Assembly: GCA_965649205.1 (NCBI GenBank)
Contig: CBFGJV010000006.1
Location: 41,611 to 105,610 of the forward strand
Length of the DNA stretch: 64,000 nucleotides
Source of the DNA: a candidate division WOR-3 bacterium
Lineage (GTDB): Bacteria; Hydrothermota; Tepidihabitantia; Tepidihabitantales; Tepidihabitantaceae
Reading direction: 5' to 3'
The translations under genes were made by a program, and so were the position numbers. The stretch's first letter is position 1. Every line of letters starts with the position of its first letter. The notes under the pieces are model-generated. The model was not told where the DNA came from. It searched no databases and saw nothing but the letters and a program-made list of their open reading frames with translations. This document shows positions 9,604 to 20,703 of the stretch, one piece after another.

Positions 9604-11946
9604 CTACGGAAGGACTAAGAAACTAACTTCCTCACTAGTATGCCCTGCCGCCAATAATCGCAACCTGTGTTTACCCGGTTCCAGACGCCAGAAGCAAGCA
9701 TAAGGAGGCCCAACTACGGCCAATTCTCTTTCATCGAGTATCCATCTTGCTTCAGTAGCGCCGGCAGGTACAACCGCTCTGAAAAGAACTGCCTGAAATT
9801 CCCGGCTAAGGTCGGGGTCAATCTTGAACACATCTCCTTCGTCAGGGAAAAGCACAACCGGCTGTGAGCAAACTGTACGTGCCTGAGTTTGAGTTAAACC
9901 CGTCACCGGAGGCAACGGCAAACCGTTGTCCGCCATCCAGGCCCAGTACTCCGGAGGATATACCTCATATACCTTATCCTGTATTAACAGATGAACCGAG
10001 CAAGTTTCTCTGGGCAGTCTGGAAGCAATGAATTTTTCCTGTACCGCTGCTGGACAATGTGGACCCGGGATTAAACCAGATTTGGGACACACCGCACACA
10101 ACACTATACCCGGAGGAAGGTCAAATCCGGAAGGCGAGCGTGTTTGCGCTGCCAGCATCACATCACGAAAAAGCGGACCGGCTCCTGTTACGCCCGAAAC
10201 CCGGTGCATCGGCGAACCATCAAAGTTTCCCACCCATACACCTACCACATAATCGCGGGTGTAACCTACAGCCCAATTGTCCCGGTAATCCTTGGAGGTA
10301 CCGGTTTTAACCGCACAAGGAAAAGGTAATGACAAACATGAGAACTGTCCAAAAGCGGGTGCACGTGCCTGATTATCGCAAAGAATATCTGTCACCAGAT
10401 AAGCAGATTGGGGACTGAATACGCGAATCTGCGATCCACCAGTCCGCAATCCTGTTTCTGGTTCCGCATCAGACATTATCACCCGCACCTCTGAAAACTC
10501 TCCGTAGTTTGCCAGAACACGATATGCGTTTACCAGCTCCAGCAAACGTACATCACCCACCCCCAAACTCAGAGCCAAACCATAATAACCAGGTTCCCTC
10601 CGCAAACTGGTCAACCCACACTGACGAAGAACAGTAAGCAGACGGTCAACCCCCAGCTCCTCAGCAAGCCTCACGGCCGGAACATTGTAAGACGAACCAA
10701 GTGCCACCCGGCAACTCACAGGACCGCGAAATTGTCGGTCATAGTTACGGGGCACAAAATCGCCGGCCAGTTCTGCAAAATGGCCAGGCAAGTCAGGTAC
10801 TATCGCGGCTGGAGACTTTTCCTGTTCAAATGCAAGGGCGTAAACAAAAGGCTTCAACGCCGAACCTGGCTGCCGCAGGCTCAAGCAAGCATTCACCTGC
10901 CCGGCATCCGGGGAAAAATAATCCCTTGAACCTACCATGGCCAAGACCTCCCCGGTAGCACGATCAAGAACCACGACAGCAGCGTTGGTAACGTGGTAGG
11001 AAGCAAATTGCCGCAGATGCACCTCAACCAAATCCTCACACTGCTGCTGAAGTCGGTAGTCGAGGGTAGTACGGAGCAGACGTTCTCTACCTCGCCAAGC
11101 TCCCTTTGGAAGACCTGTAGAAAGAACAAAATCAACGAAATGAGAGGCTTTGAATGGCCTGCGAGGACGACATGGTGTAATGCTTTCAGCCAACGCCGCC
11201 TCAAAATCAGAAAGTTTTATCCGGCGCCGTGCCAGCAGATTTTCCAAAATCCACCGTTGTCTTCGGCGACACCTTTCAAAGTGACGATATGGGTCACACT
11301 CTCCAGGTGAACGCAGCACTCCAGCCAGGAAACACGCCTGCGCCAGCGACAAACGGTCAGCGCTTCGATTGAAATAGGTCCGGGCAGCAGCATCAATACC
11401 ATAGAGTTGGTTACCGAACCAGACCCGATTCACATACGCTTCCAAAATCTCCCGCTTCGACAAATGAAGTTCTAGGCGTATTGCACCAAGCAGTTCGCCC
11501 AGTTTTGTCGCTATTCCCCGTCGCCCAGAATGACGCAGAACACGCACAAGTTGCTGGGTGATAGTTGAACCCCCTGACACTACCCGACCTGCCCGCAGAT
11601 TTGTCAGCGTGGCACGCACCAAAGCCAGCAGATCCACTCCACAATGACGCCAGAATCTTCTGTCTTCCGCGACTATTACCGCTTCCACAAACCAAAGACT
11701 CACCTGGTCAAGTTCCACCCAGTGGTTCACGCCATATTCGGAAGAACAGACTTCCCTCAGTGGTTCTCCTCTGCGGTCGGTAACTACCAGTGTAGCCAGT
11801 TGCTCCCCGCGTACGTAGCTGCGGCTCAACGGCAATAACAAGAATAAACCAACGCCCAGCCATAACAGCTGAACTATACTACACCCTACGGCTAGGACTC
11901 CGATGGTAACTGTGTGCCTAGCTGCGGTAAATTTTACTCTCCTCAC
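9604..11946 (-). CDS. pbpC: Penicillin-binding protein 1C
   Basis: EDRRF, GGSTITQQ, SALK, SYN and KTGTS motifs; C-terminal PBP1C domain; directly downstream of alpha-2-macroglobulin. Confidence 0.93.
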   Translation of the reverse strand: MRRVKFTAARHTVTIGVLAVGCSIVQLLWLGVGLFLLLPLSRSYVRGEQLATLVVTDRRGEPLREVCSSEYGVNHWVELDQVSLWFVEAVIVAEDRRFWRHCGVDLLALVRATLTNLRAGRVVSGGSTITQQLVRVLRHSGRRGIATKLGELLGAIRLELHLSKREILEAYVNRVWFGNQLYGIDAAARTYFNRSADRLSLAQACFLAGVLRSPGECDPYRHFERCRRRQRWILENLLARRRIKLSDFEAALAESITPCRPRRPFKASHFVDFVLSTGLPKGAWRGRERLLRTTLDYRLQQQCEDLVEVHLRQFASYHVTNAAVVVLDRATGEVLAMVGSRDYFSPDAGQVNACLSLRQPGSALKPFVYALAFEQEKSPAAIVPDLPGHFAELAGDFVPRNYDRQFRGPVSCRVALGSSYNVPAVRLAEELGVDRLLTVLRQCGLTSLRREPGYYGLALSLGVGDVRLLELVNAYRVLANYGEFSEVRVIMSDAEPETGLRTGGSQIRVFSPQSAYLVTDILCDNQARAPAFGQFSCLSLPFPCAVKTGTSKDYRDNWAVGYTRDYVVGVWVGNFDGSPMHRVSGVTGAGPLFRDVMLAAQTRSPSGFDLPPGIVLCAVCPKSGLIPGPHCPAAVQEKFIASRLPRETCSVHLLIQDKVYEVYPPEYWAWMADNGLPLPPVTGLTQTQARTVCSQPVVLFPDEGDVFKIDPDLSREFQAVLFRAVVPAGATEARWILDERELAVVGPPYACFWRLEPGKHRLRLLAAGHTSEEVSFLVLP

Positions 11947-14900
11947 TCACTTAATTTCTAGATACTGCTGACCAGTGTGGCCAAAAACCTCAGGTGTATA
12001 CATTTCCTCCACCCGCGTGGGTGGAAGGAAAAATCTGCCGCTTGTAAGCGCTCTAACCCGATAAGTCTCCGTGTGCACACCCTTGGTAAGGTAAGTAGCC
12101 ACCAGAAGGTAACGGTCATGGTATGTTTCTTCGTAGTTAAAGCCGCCCCACCACTGTTTGTTCGATTTCGTAGAAAGAGGTTGAGTCTGACGTTCAGTGG
12201 CAAAGGAAGTATTAACTATCTCCCAGCCCGCAGGCAGAGGGTCGTCCAGCACCACAAATATCCGGTCCTGAGCAGTGTGTACTTTCAAAGTTATGATATA
12301 CTCTGCTCCGCGTACGTAACCTGATACCTTGCCCACGGGCCTGATAACTTTCTCTACTCGGAATCCCTGATCCTTGGCCTTTAGCTCGCCCTTGCGGGCA
12401 TAATAAAGCCTGAGTCCATAATACATTCTGCCCTGTCCCTTTCTGCTGATGTTTACTGGCAAGGTCGTTTTTGCCAAACTATCAATCGGCAGGAAACGAC
12501 GAGCAGTCTTCAACGAACGACCAGAGAATACTGCACTGAGCACGTCTTTACCTGCAATCCTGACTGAAGCTCTGAAATTCGGCCTCTCCTTTTCATACGT
12601 GCGGTAGAAAGTTGCCAACGCATCAAAAACACAGGCATTTTCTTGGGTCGTACGCCAACGGCCAACCCTACGCTCCGCAATCAGCCACCTGACTATTTTC
12701 TCTGCAAACTCAATCTGCCCTTGATGTTCTAGTAGCGCTTGCAGTACCACAGCCGTGGTTCGCACATCTGAATGAAACAGCCATCCTCCTTCTCTTTCTT
12801 CCTCATAGTGTGCCATAGTCGGCTCGAGCTTGAGTTTGTTATTCATCGCCCGTATAAGATTACTCCTTGCCTCCGCATATACAGACTTAGGAAGCAAAGC
12901 TAGCGTCTTCAACAGGTATGCTTTACCATACACTGACATTTGGTCAACTTGGTCAAGCAAGAAAGGTAGGTGAGATTCTACTTTCTCCCCCCATAGCGCA
13001 ATTGCATACACAGCCAGACTGCGGGCAGTGAGATACTCATCTGTTGAATACGGCCAGTCTGTCCCACGTTTACCGTAGTTGAGCCAGTTCGTCAGGTAAC
13101 TCTTGCCTCGCTCGCTAACCCGGGAAGCCACTTGGAAACCCTTCTTCTCTGCCAGTGCCAGAACGTACATGGTATAAGCTGAAAGCCAAGGAGAAGGCTT
13201 TTCGTAGGCATAAGACTCGAGGTCTGGCCAGAAGTAAAAGCCGCCAGATTCATCCTGGTATCTGCTTACCACATCCAATTCAGCCTGCACAAACTTACGC
13301 AAAGCCGAGCCCCGCAACTCAGACAAACCAAATTGGTTTATCACATCCTCCCCGACAATAAAAGGCAGTATTTTGCTCATCCGCTGCTCCAGACATTCAT
13401 AAGGATACGTACGCAAGAATTCCAGCCCTCTTTCCAGTCCTGTGAGTCCCGAAGAAGAAACTGCAACCTCCAGCCCCCCGACTCCCGCAAAGACGTCAGG
13501 CGGCACACTCACCGTCTGTTGTATCACTGAATCCATTGTCTGCTCGTACAGAGCCACTGCTTCTGAAACTACAGAAGGTATTGCTGGCAAAGTTACACGC
13601 AACCTGTCCCTTGCTCCCTCCCCACTCGCCTCAAAGGTAAACTCTGCCTCGCCTGCACCGATACAAAGGTAGTCAAACACAACTTCCACAGGACGGTTCG
13701 GCTCTACTTCCACTTGCCGACTTGTACTGCCATCAATCCTCACTCCCTTGGCAGCTGTTGCTTTCACCGTAACTTTCATCTTCTTGTCAGTGCGATTGTG
13801 CACCATTACGCCGGCCGAAAAACGGTCCTCAGGCCGTATGAAACGCGGTAAAGAACTCACCAGAAGCAGCGGTTTATTAGTCTGAAACTTGCTTTCGCCC
13901 GAACCAAACTTGTCAACTGTTGCCGCCACGGCCATTATCTGCCAAGTGGTGAGATTATCTGGCACACGAAAACGGACACGAGCTCTGCCGTTCTCATCGC
14001 TTCTCAAAGACGGTATCCAAAGCGCCGTTTCGAGAAACTTCTGCCGGTAGGCATAATCATACCCACCATCAAGCCCTACCCCATCTAATCCGCCACCACC
14101 TGCAGCCTCACCTTTCTCACCGTAATTGCGCTGACCAATCACATGCAGCCTGGACTCAGCTGTTACCACCGAAAGAGATCGAGAGGCGTAAAACATACTG
14201 AACGGATCCGGCGTCCTGTAGCCAACCAGCTTTAAGACGCCAAGATCAACGACCGCAAGCGATACTTCTGAGCGAACTCCTCTACCTTTCTTGTCCAAGA
14301 CTTGCAAGTCAATTTCTACCTCCTGCCCTGGCTGGTACTCGGTCCGCCCCGTTTTCACAACCACCGTCAACTTCTTGGCTTCCGGATCAACTGGCAACTC
14401 TACATATCCAATCTTGAAGCCCGGTTTACCCAGGTCCTGGCCTTCGTCTCCAAAGCTGTTATAGGCAGTTCTCCCTTTCAGCAGAACTACCGAAACAAAT
14501 ACGTTGGGAAGATACTCTTCTTTTATCGGTATTCTGATCAAATCCGCATTGCCGCTAATCTCTGTTCCAAAGTAGTCCAGTACCAGCTCCCGCTCAACCG
14601 TCACCATAGCCTTAACCCCGGTCCACGGTGATTTTACAAGTATCTTCGCAGTATCGCCTGGCTTATAAGCATTCTTATCCCTCACCAACTCAATCAGGTC
14701 GTCATCTCGTATCATCCACGCAGCTTCGCCCTTGCCTGCAACCCAGAACTCCAGATCGGTTCTCGCAGTATTATTCCGTCTGTCTCTCATTTCACACTTG
14801 CACCAGTATTGACCTGGCTTGTCCGGTCTGAACCACTTGCGCACCGCTTCGGACTCTGTTCTGACCTCGAAAGTGGCTACTTTCTCGTCTACTTTCTCGC

Positions 14901-17601
14901 TCAACCAAGAATACCTACCCCCGGTCTGAGCCTTACGCGCCGAACGCCATATCCGCCGGAACACCGTAACCGTCACGTTTTCACCACTGGCTGGTCTACC
15001 GTCTGGGAACGCAGCCACTAAATCTAAACCTACAGAATCACCCAGTTCTACCATACCCCTGGTCATCTTTACGCCTACATAGCGTTCTGCTCGGTGGACG
15101 ATATACGATTCTCGACCGGTAATACTCCTCTGGTTAGTGGCAGTAACCGTCGCTTCGCAGGTCACACGACAGCTGGAAAGCCGCCTCCCTAAATTCAGCT
15201 TAGTTTGTACCTGCAAATGCCCCTGGACGTCTAATTTGCCGCTCCCTGAACTCAGCAGACTTATTGCTTGTTCAGTCTCATCCATGTACGCGCCCCAGCT
15301 GAACCCTTCGTATCCGGGAGGCGAGAAAGACGTAGGTTCCAAACTCACCGTCCAATCCACCTGTTCGCCTGCCATCTGAGCTCCAAACAGATATCTGGCG
15401 TTGATATGCGCCGTGAACATGTCACCCGCAACATAGCTATCTTTGTCGCCCTTTACTGTGACTTCGAACTCTGCTGGCCTGTATGCCTCAACCCGAAAAT
15501 GTCCATAGAATTCGTGCTCACCCTGAGAAAAAACAATACTGTAGTAACCGGTGAAAGCCTCTGCCCCCAGTGGCAAAGAAATATCAAAGCTACCCCAGTC
15601 AGACAATCTCACCCGCCGGGTGAAAATCTCCTCATCCCGCGAATCTGTTACTCGTACCAACCCATCCCTGCGACTGGGAATAATCCACCTGCCTCGCTGC
15701 TTGTGGCGGATAATACCCTTAATGCGAACCGTATCCGCCTGTTTGTACAGCCCCTTTTCGGTGTAAATGAAGCCCGAAGGTTCGGTAGGGTCAGGAGACC
15801 AATCATAGCTCACGCCAAGCTCATAAGGATGAATTCCAGTGCCCCATTCCGAATGCACAAAACCTTCTCCTCCCGGTTCCCGGACAAACATCCACAAACG
15901 AGGACTATCCCACTCGCTTCGCGCCTTAACACCCAGCATAGCCCATCCAGGGAACACCACAAACCCGTTCTTATCCGTGCGACCAGTCCAGACGGACCGG
16001 TTGGCATCATCTCGCAACTCAACTGTGACTCCTGCTACAGGTGCGCCGTCAACCAGACGAGTCACATAACCTAGCCCGTTTTCTGGTGAAAACTTTGCTG
16101 TCAGCCCAAACGGTGATACCTGCAGAAAAGCTCGACGATACCTTGCACCCCGTTCTGGTTGGTGAAGCATATCCAGTTCACAGAACAAAAAGCCGGATTT
16201 CCTTCCTCCTAATCCGGGCGCTATATCCAGAGGCAGTAGCGTACGTCTGTTCCTGACCAGCTTTGGTCTCCAAACAGTCTGATAATTAAAACCGGTCTGC
16301 CAGATTCGCTCCAATTCGCCAGGCTTCTCTTTCTCCTCCTCCCCATGACCTTCGTACCGCTTCCGCCAGAAGGGAATAACTTCCCCGGCCTCCAGCCTCC
16401 TCATCCTTACCTTCACTGATTCTACATTCACCATCCATACCGGATGACGCAACTCTGTGGCAGACTCCACAATACCCAAACCAACAGGCATACCCAGGGC
16501 TGGGCGATAGGAGACTGTCTTCAGTCGCAAACGGACGTCTTTACCCAGGCGATTGCCAAAACGGTCAGTAAGCTGGCGGGAAAGAATTACCTCGTACTGC
16601 GTCTCTGGAGCAAGTTCTACATAGAGGTACTGCTGCGTGGTTGCAAAATCATATTCGTACCGAGGCAACTTCACTGGAGGAGAGAATTTCACGTGCCTGA
16701 GTAACTCTTCTTGCGCTACAGGATTGGAAAAAACAAATACCAGCGGATCTTCCGGGTGATGAGCGGACGCCCTCTCCAATCTTTCCAGCCGAAAGTGATT
16801 GAAGGTACGAAACTCTATTCTGCGTTCCTTCTCTAATCCCAAGTTGCCCTCAGCCGCCAATAATCCCTCCGCCAGGATAATCTGGTACTGAGTCTGTTTT
16901 CTCAACTGCACTTTCGAGGTAAGCACTAACACCGAACTAAGTTTTTCTGGTTCATACCACCATGCATCTTCCGTTCTCTCCTTGGGTCTTGGATGACGGA
17001 GTCGAAAAGGCACCCTGGTTCCGTCGCCCGCCACCAACTGCAGAAATTTCTGGGCACGTTTTGGGTCCATCGGCATGTTAAAGTGAAGCCAGATGTTTGG
17101 CTTGAGTGTTACAAACTCCGCACCATGAAAGGGAACAGAATATTCCAGGCTAGGTCTCACAGTCTCAAACTCAAACTCGTAGTCCTGCTTGAGCATCCGT
17201 CCACTCAACGAACGGACGCCTCGCGGTATTTTCACTTTAAATCTGGTCGCTGTGGGTAGAACAGTCGCCGGGCGAAAGACGACAGTATTTGGACTCAACC
17301 AGTCACAAAAACCTGGGACTTCCGGGTCAAGGAGCAGTGGAAAATTCTCCTCCTCAGAGACTTCGCCAAGAGACACCATGGCATCATCGAAAGTCACCAG
17401 GATTTCGCTTGCCTCTTCTGTTTTCTCCAGCACCCCTACGGGTGTCGCAGCCACAATCCGCAGAGAATCGGCCCGACGCAATTCCTCTTCACTAAATACA
17501 GGCATCGCTACACGCCGAGCCAAGGGCTGTCTAGGTTTCTCGCGGGGACAACTACCGACAACAACTAGGACAGCGCACAGAACCCATGCTCTTGTCCTCA
17601 C
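11947..17601 (-). CDS. yfhM: Bacterial alpha-2-macroglobulin lipoprotein
   Basis: Lipobox VGSC, MG domains, thioester motif YPYECLEQ, WRTTQEN, C-terminal VEEMYTPE. Confidence 0.93.
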   Translation of the reverse strand: MRTRAWVLCAVLVVVGSCPREKPRQPLARRVAMPVFSEEELRRADSLRIVAATPVGVLEKTEEASEILVTFDDAMVSLGEVSEEENFPLLLDPEVPGFCDWLSPNTVVFRPATVLPTATRFKVKIPRGVRSLSGRMLKQDYEFEFETVRPSLEYSVPFHGAEFVTLKPNIWLHFNMPMDPKRAQKFLQLVAGDGTRVPFRLRHPRPKERTEDAWWYEPEKLSSVLVLTSKVQLRKQTQYQIILAEGLLAAEGNLGLEKERRIEFRTFNHFRLERLERASAHHPEDPLVFVFSNPVAQEELLRHVKFSPPVKLPRYEYDFATTQQYLYVELAPETQYEVILSRQLTDRFGNRLGKDVRLRLKTVSYRPALGMPVGLGIVESATELRHPVWMVNVESVKVRMRRLEAGEVIPFWRKRYEGHGEEEKEKPGELERIWQTGFNYQTVWRPKLVRNRRTLLPLDIAPGLGGRKSGFLFCELDMLHQPERGARYRRAFLQVSPFGLTAKFSPENGLGYVTRLVDGAPVAGVTVELRDDANRSVWTGRTDKNGFVVFPGWAMLGVKARSEWDSPRLWMFVREPGGEGFVHSEWGTGIHPYELGVSYDWSPDPTEPSGFIYTEKGLYKQADTVRIKGIIRHKQRGRWIIPSRRDGLVRVTDSRDEEIFTRRVRLSDWGSFDISLPLGAEAFTGYYSIVFSQGEHEFYGHFRVEAYRPAEFEVTVKGDKDSYVAGDMFTAHINARYLFGAQMAGEQVDWTVSLEPTSFSPPGYEGFSWGAYMDETEQAISLLSSGSGKLDVQGHLQVQTKLNLGRRLSSCRVTCEATVTATNQRSITGRESYIVHRAERYVGVKMTRGMVELGDSVGLDLVAAFPDGRPASGENVTVTVFRRIWRSARKAQTGGRYSWLSEKVDEKVATFEVRTESEAVRKWFRPDKPGQYWCKCEMRDRRNNTARTDLEFWVAGKGEAAWMIRDDDLIELVRDKNAYKPGDTAKILVKSPWTGVKAMVTVERELVLDYFGTEISGNADLIRIPIKEEYLPNVFVSVVLLKGRTAYNSFGDEGQDLGKPGFKIGYVELPVDPEAKKLTVVVKTGRTEYQPGQEVEIDLQVLDKKGRGVRSEVSLAVVDLGVLKLVGYRTPDPFSMFYASRSLSVVTAESRLHVIGQRNYGEKGEAAGGGGLDGVGLDGGYDYAYRQKFLETALWIPSLRSDENGRARVRFRVPDNLTTWQIMAVAATVDKFGSGESKFQTNKPLLLVSSLPRFIRPEDRFSAGVMVHNRTDKKMKVTVKATAAKGVRIDGSTSRQVEVEPNRPVEVVFDYLCIGAGEAEFTFEASGEGARDRLRVTLPAIPSVVSEAVALYEQTMDSVIQQTVSVPPDVFAGVGGLEVAVSSSGLTGLERGLEFLRTYPYECLEQRMSKILPFIVGEDVINQFGLSELRGSALRKFVQAELDVVSRYQDESGGFYFWPDLESYAYEKPSPWLSAYTMYVLALAEKKGFQVASRVSERGKSYLTNWLNYGKRGTDWPYSTDEYLTARSLAVYAIALWGEKVESHLPFLLDQVDQMSVYGKAYLLKTLALLPKSVYAEARSNLIRAMNNKLKLEPTMAHYEEEREGGWLFHSDVRTTAVVLQALLEHQGQIEFAEKIVRWLIAERRVGRWRTTQENACVFDALATFYRTYEKERPNFRASVRIAGKDVLSAVFSGRSLKTARRFLPIDSLAKTTLPVNISRKGQGRMYYGLRLYYARKGELKAKDQGFRVEKVIRPVGKVSGYVRGAEYIITLKVHTAQDRIFVVLDDPLPAGWEIVNTSFATERQTQPLSTKSNKQWWGGFNYEETYHDRYLLVATYLTKGVHTETYRVRALTSGRFFLPPTRVEEMYTPEVFGHTGQQYLEIK

Positions 17602-17757
17602 AACTCCTCCTTAGATTAGCTAGTTAGAATACCACAATAATGATATGAGACAGACCGTTTTTGTCTTTGAGCCTCATGACTAACTATCGCTGCCCCCATC
17701 ATAAGTTGGGAGGGTCGGTACAATCTACGACCACAGCCGGCTTAGGGCTACAACTTA

Positions 17758-18855
17758 TTAATCTAAGCGAATCGGCATAAGTAGGAATATTATCTCTCGC
17801 TCAGGGTTTTGCTCCTCCGGTTTCATCAAACCAGGAGCAAGTGGATTCTGGAGCTCGAGAACAAGCCGTTTCCCAGGCAGATGTCGCAACGCCTCAAGTA
17901 TATAACCAACATTGAAACCAATCCTTATCGGTTCTCCCTGGTACTCACACGGCATCTCTTCCTCACTTGAACCTACATCCGGCGTTTCAGCACTAACTCG
18001 TAGTTTATTTTGCGAAAACTCGAGAGTAACTGGTCTACCGAGCGGATTGACAAAAACGGCCGCACGCCTTACGCAAGCAAAGAAAGCGTCGTGCTCCAGC
18101 ACAGCGCGCATAGGATATCCCTTTTGGGGCAGGACTCGTTCATAGTCAGGAAATGTCCCTTCCAAGGGGCGGCTGATGGCCAAAGTGTTCTCTGTGACAA
18201 AAGAAATCCTGCCCGGGTCCACTCGGAAGGTGGCCGTTTTTTGCTCTCGGGGCAAGAGTGCAAAGAATTTGGGGACAACCGTCGTCTTAAAGGTAGTAGT
18301 GAATTCTCCCTTGTGGTTGACAAAAGCGAGGCGATGGCCATCAGTAGCAACCATCCGCATTGAATTCTTATGCACTTCCCAATTCAATCCCGCCATGGCC
18401 GGACGAGACTCGTCTGTGGAAACGGCGAAAGACACAAAATCCACCATCTCCGTCAGGGTGGCGATTGACAGGTCAAGAGCCGCTGCCTCAGGTAATTTGG
18501 GCATTTCCGGAAACTCAGCCGGGTCCGGGCTTGCTAAAGTCGCCTTGCTATTGCCCGAGCGAAAATGCACGTTTGTATTCTTTGTCTGGCAGGTCACAGT
18601 TTCTCCCGCGAATTCGCGACACATTTCTGATAGTTTCCTGAAAGGAAGCAGACACTTGCCTTCTTCGGAGTCACCGGAAAGAACGAGTTGTTTCTGCACG
18701 AACGTGTCTAAATCAGTCCCAGAAATGTACAGCTTCCCGTCTGTGACTTCCAGCAGCACATTCTGCAGTACCTGATATACAGCTCGGGAAGGTATTACAT
18801 TCCCAACCGCGGCCAACATTCCAGAAAGCAGGCTTCGTTCGATCTCAAAACGCAT
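17758..18855 (-). CDS. dnaN: DNA polymerase III beta clamp
   Basis: GTDLD, VATDGHRLA, FPDYERV, IGFN and LLMPIRL motifs. Confidence 0.97.
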   Translation of the reverse strand: MRFEIERSLLSGMLAAVGNVIPSRAVYQVLQNVLLEVTDGKLYISGTDLDTFVQKQLVLSGDSEEGKCLLPFRKLSEMCREFAGETVTCQTKNTNVHFRSGNSKATLASPDPAEFPEMPKLPEAAALDLSIATLTEMVDFVSFAVSTDESRPAMAGLNWEVHKNSMRMVATDGHRLAFVNHKGEFTTTFKTTVVPKFFALLPREQKTATFRVDPGRISFVTENTLAISRPLEGTFPDYERVLPQKGYPMRAVLEHDAFFACVRRAAVFVNPLGRPVTLEFSQNKLRVSAETPDVGSSEEEMPCEYQGEPIRIGFNVGYILEALRHLPGKRLVLELQNPLAPGLMKPEEQNPEREIIFLLMPIRLD

Positions 18856-19212
18856 TCTGTCTCCTTTCGCAACGCTTAGTGAACTTCACCCAATACTACT
18901 ATCGTAAACGCAGCCCAAGTCAAGCCCAGAACTCCGCCCGACTTACTATCCAGCGGTGCAAAACTGCACCTTACTGCCTAAGAGCCAACCGAGGCATCCT
19001 GTAGCCCTGCCTGATTGTTATGCCTTTTCTATGACGTACAATACACATTGAGCCGTTATCTCCCGTTGACTATTGTTGTCGCAATTGGAGTACTTTTGCT
19101 CCGCGCTGTGTCAGAAGTAGTACCTACTCTCGCTTGGGCAAGGTAATCGCGCGACTTCCTGACGTAATACCACTGGTCGCTACGCATTGAAAGCCAAGAG
19201 TTTGGACTAAGG

Positions 19213-19240
19213 TTGACTACCGTCCCCTCCTTTCTATAAT
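19213..19240 (+). promoter_or_regulatory. Promoter of tRNA-Leu/deoB/cdd (TTGACT-16-TATAAT)
   Basis: Near-consensus boxes. Confidence 0.75.
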
Positions 19241-19305
19241 CCCTCAGTGACAGGAGACGATCGGGAACCTCTCGCGGGCTTCACGGTCGTGTTACCAACC
19301 GCTGA

Positions 19306-19387
19306 GCCGGGGTGGTGGAATTGGCAGACACGCTTGGTTGAGGGCCAAGTGCTTCACGGCATGCAGGTTCAAATCCTGTCCCCGGCA
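19306..19387 (+). tRNA. tRNA-Leu(GAG)
   Basis: Acceptor GCCGGGG/CCCCGGC, anticodon arm CTTGG-TTGAGGG-CCAAG, long variable arm, GGTTCAAATCC T-arm; CCA not encoded. Confidence 0.95.
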
Positions 19388-19500
19388 TCCAGCCTCCAGA
19401 GGTGCTGTCAGAAACGCAGGCCTTCACTCCGTTGCGCTTCAACCGATAGAACTATTCGCAGACTCCCTTGCCGGACTACAAACCAATCAAGGAACCCAGC

Positions 19501-20703
19501 GTGAACCGGGTCACTATTCTACTATTGGACGGGGTCGGCTGCGGCGAAATGCCTGACGCTGCCAAGTATGGAGACGAAGGCTCCAATACACTGGCCAACA
19601 TCGCTTCAGCAGTCGGCGGTCTGCATCTTCCCAATCTCGCCACACTAGGCTTAGGCAACATAATCCCTGTACTGGGTGTGCCGGCACAAACCTCACCGAG
19701 CGCCTGCTTTGGCAAGATGGCCGAAGCTTCGGCCGGCAAGGATTCGACCACAGGACACTGGGAAATAGCCGGTCTGATTACTGACCGGCCTTTTCCTGTT
19801 TTCCCACACGGTTTTCCGCCGGCCTTCATCAAGCAATTCGAACAAGCCATCGGCCGCGAGACTCTAGGTAACGTAGCAGCATCCGGTACAGAAATTATCA
19901 ATCGTCTGGGGGCAGAGCATATCAGAACCGGAAAGCCTATCGTCTACACCTCGGCTGACAGCGTTTTTCAGATTGCCTGTCACGAAGAAGTAGTACCTGT
20001 TGGGGAACTATACCGTTACTGCGCAATAGCCCGCGAAATGCTCAAAGGTCCCTGGTGCGTAGGTCGCGTTATCGCCAGACCTTTCGTGGGCCGACCGGGC
20101 TCCTTTGTACGTACCCCGAGACGGAAAGACTTTTCGTGTCCTCCACCCAGGCCTACTTTGCTCGACCTCACAAAAGAAGCAGGAATGCCCGTGATTGCCA
20201 TCGGTAAGGTGGACGACCTATTTGCAGGTCGCGGTTATACCCGGGCGTACCACCCCGTAAGTAATCAGGAGTGTGTCGACCTGACCCGGGAAGTATTGGC
20301 AAGTCTCGAAGCCGGATTGGTGTTCACCAATTTTGTCCAGTTTGATATGGACTGGGGCCACCGGAACGACATCGCCGCTTTTGCCGCCGGTCTGGAAGAG
20401 TTTGACAGAACCTTACCTGACATTTTGTCTCACTTAAGAAAAAACGACCTGCTCTTCATTACCGCTGATCACGGCAACGACCCAACAACGCCTTCAACCG
20501 ATCATTCCCGCGAATACGTGCCTCTCCTGGTATACAGTCCGATTTTAAAAAGAGGAATACATCTGGGCACGCGTTCTACCTTCGCTGACCTGGGTCAAAC
20601 TGCTGCCGAGTTTCTCGGCACAAAGCCTACCCCGTATGGCACCAGTTTTCTTAAAAAGATTTTGAATCAAGGAGCCCAACGTGAACACAATTCTAACGGC
20701 TAG
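19501..20703 (+). CDS. deoB: Phosphopentomutase
   Basis: [29 protein letters not shown] and TADHGNDP motifs. Confidence 0.96.
   Translation: MNRVTILLLDGVGCGEMPDAAKYGDEGSNTLANIASAVGGLHLPNLATLGLGNIIPVLGVPAQTSPSACFGKMAEASAGKDSTTGHWEIAGLITDRPFPVFPHGFPPAFIKQFEQAIGRETLGNVAASGTEIINRLGAEHIRTGKPIVYTSADSVFQIACHEEVVPVGELYRYCAIAREMLKGPWCVGRVIARPFVGRPGSFVRTPRRKDFSCPPPRPTLLDLTKEAGMPVIAIGKVDDLFAGRGYTRAYHPVSNQECVDLTREVLASLEAGLVFTNFVQFDMDWGHRNDIAAFAAGLEEFDRTLPDILSHLRKNDLLFITADHGNDPTTPSTDHSREYVPLLVYSPILKRGIHLGTRSTFADLGQTAAEFLGTKPTPYGTSFLKKILNQGAQREHNSNG

Noticed and set aside
11940..11950. Alpha-2-macroglobulin TGA is immediately followed in frame by the pbpC GTG (possible read-through fusion)
   Set aside because: No SECIS-like hairpin or Cys context; both proteins are complete and PbpC has its own N-terminal anchor.
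18856..19212. Possible oriC upstream of dnaN
   Set aside because: No DnaA-box cluster, no AT-rich unwinding element and no dnaA nearby.
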